Shown here piece after piece: positions 13,505-24,182 of a DNA stretch of 64,000 nucleotides. This DNA comes from Marsupella aquatica (lineage: Eukaryota; Plantae; Marchantiophyta), in contig OZ316894.1 of NCBI GenBank assembly GCA_973895155.1, positions 17,948,563 to 18,012,562 on the forward strand, written 5' to 3'. The notes under the pieces are model-generated. The model made no database searches and was not told where the DNA came from. It saw nothing but the letters and a program-made list of their open reading frames with translations. Positions within the stretch are counted from its first letter, which is position 1; each line of letters opens with the position of its first letter. Both the position numbers and the translations under genes were made by a program.

Positions 13505-14910
13505 CTGCATAAATGACACAAAAGGAAGTTGAGTGTTACAATGGCAGAAAACATAGTGACAATGAACAATTACAAAACACTGTTACATGGAAGATCCTTT
13601 ATACACACATCATAAAACTATTTGTCTTGAAATTCAATAATTACAAAAATGCACTATTCCTATTTTTTAATTTAATTTCACCCCATTAATAATGCATTAA
13701 TAATTTAATTCAATTGTTATGTTTATTTCACTTCAATCTATAAATCAAATATTTACCATAAAATAGTCCACAACAAGTGCCATTTTCTTCACAGCCACTA
13801 CTAAAATTCAGTGTAATGTAATGTAATCTTTAAGCTTTTTCCAAAATGGCCATTGTGTTGAATTAATCCTGACCGTTAGATCTCCCTAGATTTAAGGATG
13901 ATGATTAGATTCTGGCTAATGAGGCCTTGTGAATAAGTGGGAACTGGTTAATAGGACACATAAAACCTAGCAAATTAATTTTTTTGCAAAAAGTAGCTAA
14001 AACATTTGGAGAGGTGGGATCTAGTGAATTTTGCCACAAACTAATTTTTGCCACAGACAAAAACACTGATTGTAAGCCACCAGAGTAATCCCTCTAATTT
14101 CTACATTGATATCTGTAAAGTCCCAAAAAGATGGGCGAATAATCCATGATTAGCACAAAAGATCAGTGACTCAAAATAATGAGCCATGATGGTATACCAA
14201 AAAAAACTAAACATCTAAAAAAACAAAATAGCCCAAAAATTGTGGTTGACTTTTTTCAACTACTTATTTAATGACATCAAAACTTCTCGCAGGGTGCCCT
14301 TACCAGCCCCTCCAAGCTGATAGCGAAGTCCTCTAGAGCTTGACTTCATACCTCCATGATTGAATAGTTTTGAAAACCAGAACCTTCAAAGGACAAATAT
14401 TCCATGAAAAACAATGATTCTAACCTTTAAAAGAACCACAATTGCAAGGGCTTTCTAGACTGCTATCAGTTCACAGATAGCAAGTAATCAAATCCAAAAA
14501 TCACAGAGGGATCTATCTGGACAAACGTGCTGCAAGAAACAGAAAATTCAATCATTATTTTGTTTTTGTTTTAAAGATCACAGAAGACATTTCTAGTCTT
14601 GAAAGAAGTAGAATTCAAAGGGCTTTTCAATACACTAAGAGTTGTTTCCTATGGATTCTTAGTTAAGGAGTAAAATTTACAAAAACTACCAAAAAATATT
14701 ACTAAAAATTCTATGAAACAGCCAAATTTGATTAGTTGTGTAACAGTGGTGACAATGCCATTGTCACCGTCTCTGGTGATGGGCCATAACCTTGAGATAT
14801 ATAAGTGATCTCAACAAGCTAGTGGATGCATTGCGTCACTAGTGATAGGGGCTGCCAAGGGAGACAGTTTGTAACTGGACCCCAGGTTCGGGTAGGGTAT
14901 GTCCTTGTGC

Positions 14911-15045
14911 ACCCTCATTTTCAGTTATTTCCTCACTTAAAGTTAGTGTCTAGAGCCCCTCATTTTCAGTTATGCCCTCACTTATAGTCACTGTCTAGAG
15001 CCCCTCGTTTTCAGCTATGCCCTCACTTATAGTTAGTGCCTAGAG
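14911..15045. repeat. 45-bp minisatellite, 3 copies
   Basis: ccctc(a/g)ttttcag.tat..cctcactta.agt..tg.ctagag at 14911, 14956 and 15001. Confidence 0.9.
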
Positions 15046-15416
15046 CCTCCAATGTATATCAGGAACTAACTTGGCTTTATTAATTAGATTTCTTGTACAG
15101 GATTTTGCACTTACATATTTGTTGTGTAAACGAGGGCTATTTGCACATATATGAAGAAGTGCAGAATGGTCGTGAGAAAACGGGAAGAACCGGACGCCAT
15201 CCAATTAGCCAGGTTATGCACTTATTGGCTGAACTATGTTCAGCTATGTGATGGCGGACCAAAAAGTCCCCCAAGGTACTTTTGTTGTTCAATACATACC
15301 AATACAATGGACTCCAATAGTGGACTTCTATATAATTTCTCTTGTTCTAAAGAGATCAAAACAAAATCCAATGTATTGTGTACAGTATTTATATTCAGGC
15401 CAGATCATGATGGCAA

Positions 15417-15891
15417 TGTTGGGTATTTACTCTTACGTCTAGGTTAGGTATGACGTGGTTGGTACAACAACGTGGGTTGGTACAACTACGTGGTTAGGTA
15501 CAACTACGTGATTAGGTACAACTATGTGGTTAGGTACAACTACGTGATTAGGTACAACTATGTGGTTAGGTACAACTACGTGATTAGGTACAACTATGTG
15601 GTTAGGTACAACTATGTGGTTAGGTACAACTAAGTTGCACACTATATCATAAGAGGCATGTGTGCTTGGAGAGGTAGAACCAAGGCTCATTGTTATGGAG
15701 CCACTTGAGAGATAGGGAGAGCTTACACTGTGGAGACTCGGTATAGCCGACGGGCTTAGAGTTCAGTAAAGCTCTCTTGTGTGTTCCCGTAGACGTAGCC
15801 TCAAGGAGGTGAACCACGTATCTCTTGTGTCGACTATTGTGCGTTGGATGGTTCATGGGCTTGCCGTTGCGATCGTCGTCTATACTCAACA
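15417..15891 (+). repeat. 5' LTR (475 bp)
   Basis: tgttgggtat...tactcaaca, direct repeat of 20632-21106. Confidence 0.97.
15453..15632 (+). repeat. 18-bp tandem array (10 units, GGTACAACTA(C/T)GTG(G/A)TTA) in the LTR U3; same array at 20668-20847
   Basis: ggtacaac recurs every 18 bp from 15461 to 15623. Confidence 0.95.
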
Positions 15892-15893
15892 AT

Positions 15894-15905
15894 TGGTATC
15901 AGAGC
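15894..15905 (+). other. Primer-binding site, tRNA-iMet type (TGGTATCAGAGC)
   Basis: Canonical copia PBS 2 nt downstream of the 5' LTR. Confidence 0.95.
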
Positions 15906-16325
15906 ATGCTTGGGAGGTGACGTGTGTTCGTGACGGGATTTCATTACGGTTTTTCCAGCGTTGAGTGTCGGTGGATTTCCTGGAGTTCCGTCGCATGGAA
16001 CTTGGAGTTTATGGGCTCAACGGATAGATCGGGGCAAGAGCTTTCTAACGGTGTGAAGAAATCGCTGAACGGAGCTCGTGGTGCAGAGAGATCTAAGTTT
16101 TCGTCATTCTGGATTTTGTGAAGAAAGTTGGCAATCGACTCGGAGGGAGAAGCGTCAAGTGTTTTGACTCAACGGAGAGATTGAGGCAAGACGATTGTTT
16201 TGAGTCCGGGATTGGCTCTTTGATGCAAAGAGGAAGAGCATGTGACACCGATACCATCACCGGTGCGGCGTGTGGTGGAGGAAGCAGTACTACTACCGGA
16301 GCTCACGGTAGTGCCAAAGAAGAAG

Positions 16326-17182
16326 ATGGGGACTTTCAAGCTTGGGGGACCCAAGTATGAAGTGACAAAGTATGATGGGCGCTCTGACTACTTGCTATGG
16401 GAGAAGCAGGTGAAGGGAGTGCTCTATGCGTCAGGGATGGGCCAACTGCTGAGCCCTCGTAAGACGATGTTGATGAGAAACAATGGGACCGCATGCAGGA
16501 GCAGGGAGTGTGGTGTGTTACACTCTATCTCATGCCTCCCATCATCAAGCAGTTGGGTGCACATAAGGATTGCATGTCCTTGTTTGCGGAATTGCAGAGC
16601 AAGTATCACAGCAAGGAGTTGTCGAACCGGCTCTACACTTCCTACAAACTCATGAGTTTCAGGATGAAGGAATCCGGTACAAAGTTGCAAGACCATGTGG
16701 ATGCTTTCAACGACATGGTCGTTGACTTGGAAAACCTTGGGGAGACTTTGAATGATGAGACGAAGGCTCTGCAGCTTCTTAGTTCATTGCCTCCATCTTA
16801 CCAGTCCCTATCACGAGTGTTGTTGCATCGTGATAGGGATACCATTTCATACAATGACGTGGTAAGTTCTCTGCTTAGTGATGATCTTCAGCAGAAGATG
16901 CACATCACATCACAGCCTTTATCATCTGGTGCTGCCCTCAATGTTAACCGTGGGAGGGGTATGCAGCGACCAACTGGGGACCGTAGAACCCAGTTTAGAT
17001 CTAAATCCAGATCTAAGTCCAAGGGTAAATCCCCTCAGAGGAGGCAGGTGACATGTTGGAAGTGCAACCAAGTTGGACACTTCAAGCGAGACTGTAAGGG
17101 AAAGGCAGCGGAAACTTCATCGGCAAATGTGGCTAGGGCTGATGGAGAAGCTGATTTACTCAATGATGAGTATGTTTTATGA
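16326..17182 (+). CDS. gag: Copia gag with CCHC zinc knuckle; frameshift near 16463
   Basis: MGTFKLGGPKYEVTKYDGRSDYLLWEKQVKGVL.. shifts frame into DVDEKQWDRMQEQG..LLSSLPPSY..CWKCNQVGHFKRDC. TGA at 17180-17182. Confidence 0.85.
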
Positions 17183-20100
17183 AGCCGGGTGTATGCCCTG
17201 TGCACGTCATCTAGGAGAGTAGATGATGTGTGGATTCTTGATTATGCTTGCTCTTTTCATATTTGTTACATTCGTGAGTTTTTCAGTTCTTACTCTATTT
17301 CAAACGGTTCAGTTCTGATGGGAAATGATCACTCCTGTCGAATTGAGGGAATTGGGTCTGTGAAGATTCAAATGTTTGATGGCGTTGTGCGCACAGTGTC
17401 CGGAGTCAGGTATGTACCTGGCATGCGTAAGAATCTGATTTCACTCGGTGTGTTGGATTCAAATGGTCATCAATGGAGCGTTATTGATGGTGAACTTCAA
17501 GTCAGGTCGGGAGAGACAGTGATTTTGAAGGGGAGTAGACAAAAGAATTTGTATGTGTTACAGGGCAATACTGTATGTGGAGAGGCCAATGTAACCAAGT
17601 CTCACGAGGAGATGACTCAACTGTGGCATTCACGGCTAGGCCACATGAGTGAGAAGGGTTTGGCTATCTTACGGAAGAATGGACTCATTTCTGATTTGCA
17701 ATCTTGTAAATTAGAGTTTTGTGAGCATTGCATTCTTGGAAAGCAGCATCGTCGTGCTTTTGGTGTTGGAACTCATCGTTCCAAAGCGGTTCTTGAGTAC
17801 ATACATAGTGACGTGTGGGGTCCATCCCCGACTCCCTCACACTTTGGAAAGTTGTACTATGTATCATTTATTGATGATTACTCAAGATTTGTGTGGATTT
17901 ATTTCATGACGCATAAGTCTGATGTCTTGTCCATTTTTAAGAAGTGGAAGGCCCAGGTGGAGAATCAGACTGGAAACACGATCAAGTGTTTGGATACAAG
18001 GGTGAAGAGTCTGAGGTCAGACAACGGCGGGGAGTACACTTCAATGGAATTTGAAGAGTACTGTTCAGAACAGGGGATAACTCGCCATCTCACCACAGTT
18101 TATACTCCGCAGCAGAATGGTGTCGCTGAGAGGCTCAATCGGACACTGTTGGAGCGGTCACGGAGTATGTTGAGCCAATCAGGTTTACCACAAGAATTTT
18201 GGGCAGAAGCTGTCAATACCGCAGCTTATTTGGTAAATCTTTCTCCTTCTAGTGCTATCAATTTCAAAACGCCGTTTGAGATGCGCTATAAGCGGCAAGC
18301 AGACTATCATGGCTTGGTAATTTTTGGAAGTGATGCATATGCTCTCACACCAAAGAAGAATAGGACCAAGTTGGATCCTACCTCCAGGAAATGTGTTTTT
18401 CTTGGGTACCAGAGTGGTGTGAAAGCCTATAGGCTATGGGATCCTATTGCCTGTAAGCTCGTTGTCAGTAGGGATGTTTCCTTCAATGAATCCAGATTAT
18501 TGAAGGAGGGGGAGAATACTCAGGTCTCCCGTACTGACAAAGGAAAATCTCCTATCCCGGATCTCGTTGAGGGGGAGATTGGTTATGAGGTGCATGACCG
18601 GAGAGAAGGAGTTGCTCCAATTATGGAGCTGGTTCCTGTGCCAGAGGAACCAGAGGAGTTTGTTGATGCTGGTGAGCAGCAAGTGGATGCTGTTGAGCTT
18701 CAAATTGTACCAGCACACGCAGATCAACCGGAGTCATCGGCTAGAAGAACATCTGGTCGCACTGTACGCGCTCCATCAAGGTATGGACAGTGGGTTGATT
18801 CATCTCAACTGCAAGAGGATGATTTTACAGCTGATGATGAGGGTGATGCGTTAATTTTGGAAGAAGGAGAACCTTCTTCATTTCATGAGGCAAGTGCTTC
18901 AAAGGAGAAGCAGAAGTGGACTGCAGCAATGCAAACGGAGATGCAGTCACTAAAGGACAACAAAACTTGGGAGCTTGTTAAGCTGCCTAAGGGTCAGCAA
19001 GTGGTGGACAGCAAGTGGATTTACAAGCTGAAGGATAATTCCATAGGAGGTGGATCGAAGGTCTACAAGGCTAGATTGGTAGCAAAGGGATTCACACAAG
19101 AGAAAGGTGTGGATTACAATGAGGTCTTCTCACCAGTTGCTAAGTACTCTACAATACGACTATTGTGTGTACTTGTTGTAATGTTTGGTCTGCTGCTAGA
19201 TCAGATGGATGTTGTCACAGCTTTCCTCTATGGCACATTGGAAGAGGTGATCTTCATGAGACAACCGCTAGGTTTTGTGAAGAGAGGACAGGAGGAATTG
19301 GTTTGCAGATTGCTGAAATCCTTGTATGGGTTGAAGCAGTCACCAAGACAATGGAACAAGCGGTTTGACGATTGGATTCGGTCACAAGGTTTTCACAGAA
19401 GTGTATTTGACCCTTGTGTGTATTTGAAACCGGTGAAGAATGTTGTCTTTGGGTTCATTGTTTTAGTACTTTATGTGGATGATATGCTAATTGCAGCCAA
19501 GGATAGGTCTGAGATTGTTAAGCTCAAGGCACTGCTTAGTGCAGAGTTTAAGATGAAGGACTTAGGGCCAGCTAAGAGGATTTTGGGTATGGAGATCACT
19601 AGGGACTTGGAGGCTGGCAAGCTATGGTTGACGCAGAAGGTAATTGCAAGGTTCAACATGGAGAATAGCAAGCCAGTAAGTACCCCGTTGGCTCCACACT
19701 TCAAGTTATCATCAGCGTTCTGTCCTACGGATGACACAGAGAAGGGGTTGATGTCAAAGGTTCCATATGACAAGGCAGTGGGGAGTCTCATGTATTTGAT
19801 GACTTGCACTAGACCTGATCTTGCCATGGCTATGGGCAAGGTGAGCAGGTACATGTCGAATCCAGGGAAGGTACACTGGGAAGCAGTGAAGTGGATTATC
19901 AGGTACTTGAAGGGTACCGTGGATCATGGTCTTTTATTTGATGCGAATGCAAAGAATGCTAGATCATTGATTGGCTATGTAGATTCTGACTATGGACAAG
20001 ATTTGGACCGAAGGAGATCAACAACAGGATACGTGTTCACACTTGGCGGTGGATGCATAAGTTGGAGGTCTACTTTGCAGAAGTGTATTGCTCAGTCTAC

Positions 20101-20440
20101 TACAGAAGCGGAGTATGTTGCAGCTGCGGAAGCAGCAAAGGAAGCGATTTGGTTGGATAGACTTATCACTGAAATGGGATTGCCACAGGAGAATGTGAAG
20201 CTCCATTGTGATAGTCAAAGTGCGCTCCACCTTGCTGTGAACCAGGTGATGGACAGCAGAGTGAAGCACATTGACGTCAGGTACCATTTTATCAGGCAGG
20301 CTGTGTCTGATAATTTGTTTGAGCTAGTCAAGATTGATGGTAAACTCAACCCGGTTGACGCATTTACCAAAGTGATTCCTTTGGAGAGTTTCTCTAGACA
20401 CCGTGACGTATTGCAGGTTTTGCAATTGCATCACAAGTAG
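17183..20440 (+). CDS. pol: Copia pol (protease, integrase, RT, RNaseH), in the same frame as gag behind one TGA
   Basis: WILDYACSFH (PR site), WHSRLGH..CEHC (IN HHCC), HSDVWGP / LRSDNGGEY / QQNGVAER (DDE), KARLVAKGF, LYVDDML (RT), YVDSDY..EAEY (RH). Confidence 0.93.
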   Translation, partial: SRVYALCTSSRRVDDVWILDYACSFHICYIREFFSSYSISNGSVLMGNDHSCRIEGIGSVKIQMFDGVVRTVSGVRYVPGMRKNLISLGVLDSNGHQWSVIDGELQVRSGETVILKGSRQKNLYVLQGNTVCGEANVTKSHEEMTQLWHSRLGHMSEKGLAILRKNGLISDLQSCKLEFCEHCILGKQHRRAFGVGTHRSKAVLEYIHSDVWGPSPTPSHFGKLYYVSFIDDYSRFVWIYFMTHKSDVLSIFKKWKAQVENQTGNTIKCLDTRVKSLRSDNGGEYTSMEFEEYCSEQGITRHLTTVYTPQQNGVAERLNRTLLERSRSMLSQSGLPQEFWAEAVNTAAYLVNLSPSSAINFKTPFEMRYKRQADYHGLVIFGSDAYALTPKKNRTKLDPTSRKCVFLGYQSGVKAYRLWDPIACKLVVSRDVSFNESRLLKEGENTQVSRTDKGKSPIPDLVEGEIGYEVHDRREGVAPIMELVPVPEEPEEFVDAGEQQVDAVELQIVPAHADQPESSARRTSGRTVRAPSRYGQWVDSSQLQEDDFTADDEGDALILEEGEPSSFHEASASKEKQKWTAAMQTEMQSLKDNKTWELVKLPKGQQVVDSKWIYKLKDNSIGGGSKVYKARLVAKGFTQEKGVDYNEVFSPVAKYSTIRLLCVLVVMFGLLLDQMDVVTAFLYGTLEEVIFMRQPLGFVKRGQEELVCRLLKSLYGLKQSPRQWNKRFDDWIRSQGFHRSVFDPCVYLKPVKNVVFGFIVLVLYVDDMLIAAKDRSEIVKLKALLSAEFKMKDLGPAKRILGMEITRDLEAGKLWLTQKVIARFNMENSKPVSTPLAPHFKLSSAFCPTDDTEKGLMSKVPYDKAVGSLMYLMTCTRPDLAMAMGKVSRYMSNPGKVHWEAVKWIIRYLKGTVDHGLLFDANAKNARSLIGYVDSDYGQDLDRRRSTTGYVFTLGGGCISWRSTLQKCIAQSTTEAEYVAAAEAAKEAIWLDRLITEMGLPQENVKLHCDSQSALHLAVNQVMDSRVKHIDVRYHFIRQAVSDNLFELVKIDGKLNPVDAFTKVIPLESFSRHRDVLQVLQLHHK

Positions 20441-20620
20441 AGTTTTCTTAAACATTCATTGTAATTACTGATATATGCTCTTCCTCATTCCTATGTATTA
20501 GGCTACGGCTTAGTTCTGGTTTGCTCTAGTTAGAGAGGGAAACCGGTTTGGTTTCTGTCCAGAACTTCCCGCTGAGGGATCATATACATTGGCAGTATTA
20601 CTCTCCCCTAGACCAGAGTC

Positions 20621-20630
20621 AAGGGGAAGA
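20621..20630 (+). other. Polypurine tract
   Basis: aaggggaaga immediately upstream of the 3' LTR. Confidence 0.85.
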
Positions 20631-20631
20631 T

Positions 20632-21106
20632 TGTTGGGTATTTACTCTTACGTCTAGGTTAGGTATGACGTGGTTGGTACAACAACGTGGGTTGGTACAA
20701 CTACGTGGTTAGGTACAACTACGTGATTAGGTACAACTATGTGGTTAGGTACAACTACGTGATTAGGTACAACTATGTGGTTAGGTACAACTACGTGATT
20801 AGGTACAACTATGTGGTTAGGTACAACTATGTGGTTAGGTACAACTAAGTTGCACACTATATCATAAGAGGCATGTGTGCTTGGAGAGGTAGAACCAAGG
20901 CTCATTGTTATGGAGCCACTTGAGAGATAGGGAGAGCTTACACTGTGGAGACTCGGTATAGCCGACGGGCTTAGAGTTCAGTAAAGCTCTCTTGTGTGTT
21001 CCCGTAGACGTAGCCTCAAGGAGGTGAACCACGTATCTCTTGTGTCGACTATTGTGCGTTGGATGGTTCATGGGCTTGCCGTTGCGATCGTCGTCTATGC
21101 TCAACA
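20632..21106 (+). repeat. 3' LTR (475 bp)
   Basis: Identical to the 5' LTR except an A/G difference (15884 vs 21099). Confidence 0.97.
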
Positions 21107-21433
21107 GGCAAGAGATGAGGAGAACACTTAATGCTTTGTCTTTTGTGTTTAGTTCATTCTTTTTTTTTTATTCACTTTGTTTGTCTTGGGCTAAGTATAT
21201 TTAATACTTGCTCTTTTAAGTTTTTTAATTTCAGCCTGATGTGACCAAACCCCCTTTGGTCACGGGCCTGGTGTATCTTGCACTTAGAAAGAGCCGACTG
21301 CACCGTATAACTCACAGTTCTTGGGTGACTACCGGTTGCTCAATTCAATTCTCCCCTTCCTCACCGTGTGACGAAGTAGTGCAAGTATTGGAGAAGAATT
21401 TGAAGCTCCCGAGAGCACCCAAGCAAAGGGAAA

Positions 21434-22587
21434 ATAGCGTGGAGGGGCAAGCTCGCGGAATCGCTCCAGGAGTTGCGCATCCATTTGTGCCAGACTTCTG
21501 CAGCCAGCAAGTCACTCGGTTTGAAGCCCATCCCTTCTCCTCAATGCAACTTAATTGAGATGTCGATCCAAATGGACCTACCTGCTGCTTTTCTCTCTTT
21601 GATGTTGCAGTCCGCCTTTCCTGATTGCTTTTGTGTCTAAATGCCCTTTCCTGGTTCTGTTTCTTTGTTCGCCTTTGGATACATGCTTGAATGCCGTCCT
21701 GCCACCTCTCTGGTCTCAGTCCCATCGACTCTCGGTTCTTTCGTTTTTGATTGTGAGCTTTACTATGTGCCATCGAAGCAACGGACTCGGTTCAGTTTCG
21801 TTTCCCTGATGAGATGAGTTACAAACGTGTTCACAGGGACTTCATTGTGAAGAATTACAAAGAGCTGAACACTCTGAACCCCCGGCTCCCAATACTAATT
21901 CGCGAGTGTAGTAGGATCCAACCTCGAATCTGGGCCCGTTACGGTATGTCATTCTTCCTACGATGAAAATCTCGCTTCATCGACCCTAGTCTCGTGCCTG
22001 ATTCATTTTCGCTGAGAACCAATATCCAGTCAATTGTCATGCTATACATTGCACAATTTAGGGGTTGGTGCTTTGCTCATTATGCCTAGGTATCTCACTT
22101 TTGGCTCTCTGCTCGTATGCATAGGTATTCTGTTGGCACTCTGTACAAAGTTAGGGTTTACAAATTGATCCTTTCTGGATCGCTCAGTAATGTTCCTACA
22201 AATGCAGTGGTCGGTTTTTGGTGGTATTGTACGAAATCTTTACGCTCTGCCAATTTCGTAGTGTGAAAATCCCACGACTGATAATTCGACTGCTGACAAT
22301 TTAAGGTTGAGGACGAGCTCCTTCACTTGCAATGTATTTGAATACAAAGATTGACTGATATTGGCAGGTTGTACAACTTGACGTGGAATCAAGGACCCTC
22401 TTTTGCGTTTTTGTCTTTCTTCTTTTGCACCGTTGTTCCCCGGATGTCCTGATTTCTTAAATTTTCATAATGTCCGGATTTCGCAGACTATGGAGTGGAG
22501 CGAAGTGTAGCTCTAGATGGCCTCACTGAGGCTGAAATTGATGCCAAGCTGAAGGAGTTAGCAGATGCTGGACCGAACTGCAAATAG
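21434..22587 (+). pseudogene. NDUFA2: NADH:ubiquinone oxidoreductase B8 subunit (NDUFA2), three exons, apparently disabled
   Basis: Exon 21434-21518: (ATA)AWRGKLAESLQELRIHLCQTSAAS... Exon 21837-21943: [35 protein letters not shown]. Exon 22487-22587: DYGVERSVALDGLTEAEIDAKLKELADAGPNCK*. The start codon position holds ATA, and exon 1 (85 nt) is one base short of the phase that exon 2 needs. Confidence 0.85.
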
Positions 22588-22984
22588 GGATGTTCGTCTC
22601 ACCTCAGGACTTGAAATTGAGGTGGCTGTCAAGGTTGACATCTATGGGAGCCTCTGTTTTCAGTGAACTAGCGCTTGTAGTACATTAAGTAGTGCCTTTC
22701 AGTGCCCAAGTAGTCTGTTGCAAACTAGAAAATTTAACAGCCCAGGAGATTGCCATCGGGACACGTTAACCTTGCATGGACACGGTAGGACAGAAATAAA
22801 ATCGATTCTATGAGAATGTTAGATATTCCTTTGGTTGTTGGGTAGGAGTTTCTATCTTGCCCTATATCTTGTGTTTTCACAGGATTGAGACAAATAGCTC
22901 ACGAGACCTTTTGACAAACGGTCATTTCGGACGTTCCTCCAAATTTTAGCTACTTCAATCTCCTATGATTCCACGAATGTGTTC

Positions 22985-23450
22985 ATGTTTAGGGCGAGCG
23001 GGAGATTGAGCTATGGCGCATTGCAAGTTTCTGAGTGTTAGCGCATTCTCAATTTGGATCTTCCATACAGCTCGTCAGTCATCAGATTGTTTTCTTGTAA
23101 TGTGAAGGTGGTGGGAATGAGGCTTAGGGTTTAACACCTTAGACGCTACATAAATTTAGTTTCGGACAAAGAGTGTGGGAGAGGTCAGAGAATGCGTGCT
23201 AGAGAGCGTGGATTCTGTGATTCTGAACTTACATCGGACGAAATGAGAGTGGCTTGGTGACAAAAAAATTATCCGAAGACTGACACGATTGTAATTGGAT
23301 TTTGGCTTGTGGTGGGCAGACCGTGTTTAGTATCCTCTCGTTCCCTAAAAGAAGGTGAACATATTCTGAGGGTTCCGAATTCGGCACGGATAAAATTGCA
23401 TCGACAGTTCAGGTCAATAAATGCCTGGCTTTGCGCTTCTGCCACAGTGG
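22985..23450 (+). pseudogene. Putative organellar targeting-peptide exons of the PPR gene, with in-frame stops
   Basis: ATG 22985 MFRASGRLSYGALQVSEC*RIL.. is in the same frame as exon 23320-23450, whose GTAAGT donor (phase 1) fits the PDF exon at 24183. Stops: TAG 23039, TAA 23132, and TGA at 23258 or at the splice junction. Confidence 0.55.
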
Positions 23451-24182
23451 GTAAGTATTTTCTTTCTCAGCATTTATTTGCAAAACTCAACTTATCTGAG
23501 TAGCAATTAGAACCAAAATTTGGAAATCAATTCAATATAACGTCCCTTTTATTGTGGACTTCCTCCATGTGATGGACGAGTTCTTTAACATCCTTGTTTG
23601 AATCACACCATTTGAATCGTTTCCCGTCTGCTTCGTGTTTCACCTGGTCAGCGTGATTGACCTAACTTCTTATTGTAAGTTATGCCGACCACGTAGATGA
23701 ACCAGATCTGTCCATACTTGAGCGTTGGCTGATCTAAACTGCATTGAAGCACAGTCAAAGATGTCTTCTATAACTTAAAATCTTAAACAAAAACTAAAAG
23801 GAAGGTTTTCCATTCCAAGATACGGCAGAGGTCGAGACTTGGGGTGTAAAATGGTGAACTGAATTTTCAGAACCAGCTATCAAGCGGATTCACAGTTAGG
23901 GCCTAATTGTTGGAAAAGAGAACGATAGAGTAGCTCAATCTGTTATGTGGAGATCATTGAATGTTGAAGTAGGCATGGGACAACAAAGGGCAATGCCTAC
24001 GCGCGGTAGAAACTCTAGAACCTGAATGTACTGTAATTCTGGAGAGGAATAGCTTTTAGATAACGAATTGTGCCAAATGCTACATTTCGAGTCCCGATCT
24101 GGGTTTTCTGGATTGGACTTTGACATAAACAGCGCCGGGTGAGGTCATAATATTTATCAGCAGTTCTTGTGGTTGTTGCCAG

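Larger units (their letters stand above)
15417..21106 (+). mobile_element. Full-length Ty1/copia LTR retrotransposon, recent insertion
   Basis: Two 475-bp TG..CA LTRs (15417-15891, 20632-21106) with one mismatch seen. Perfect 5-bp TSD GGCAA (15412-15416 / 21107-21111), PBS, PPT, and gag-PR-IN-RT-RH domain order. Confidence 0.98.

Noticed and set aside
15453-15632. CRISPR-like array
   Set aside because: Head-to-tail 18-bp units with no unique spacers, lying inside an LTR in a eukaryotic context with no cas genes.
15439-15690. Minus-strand 83-aa ORF with VVPNH repeats (also 20654-20905)
   Set aside because: By-product of the 18-bp LTR array, whose unit length is a multiple of 3.
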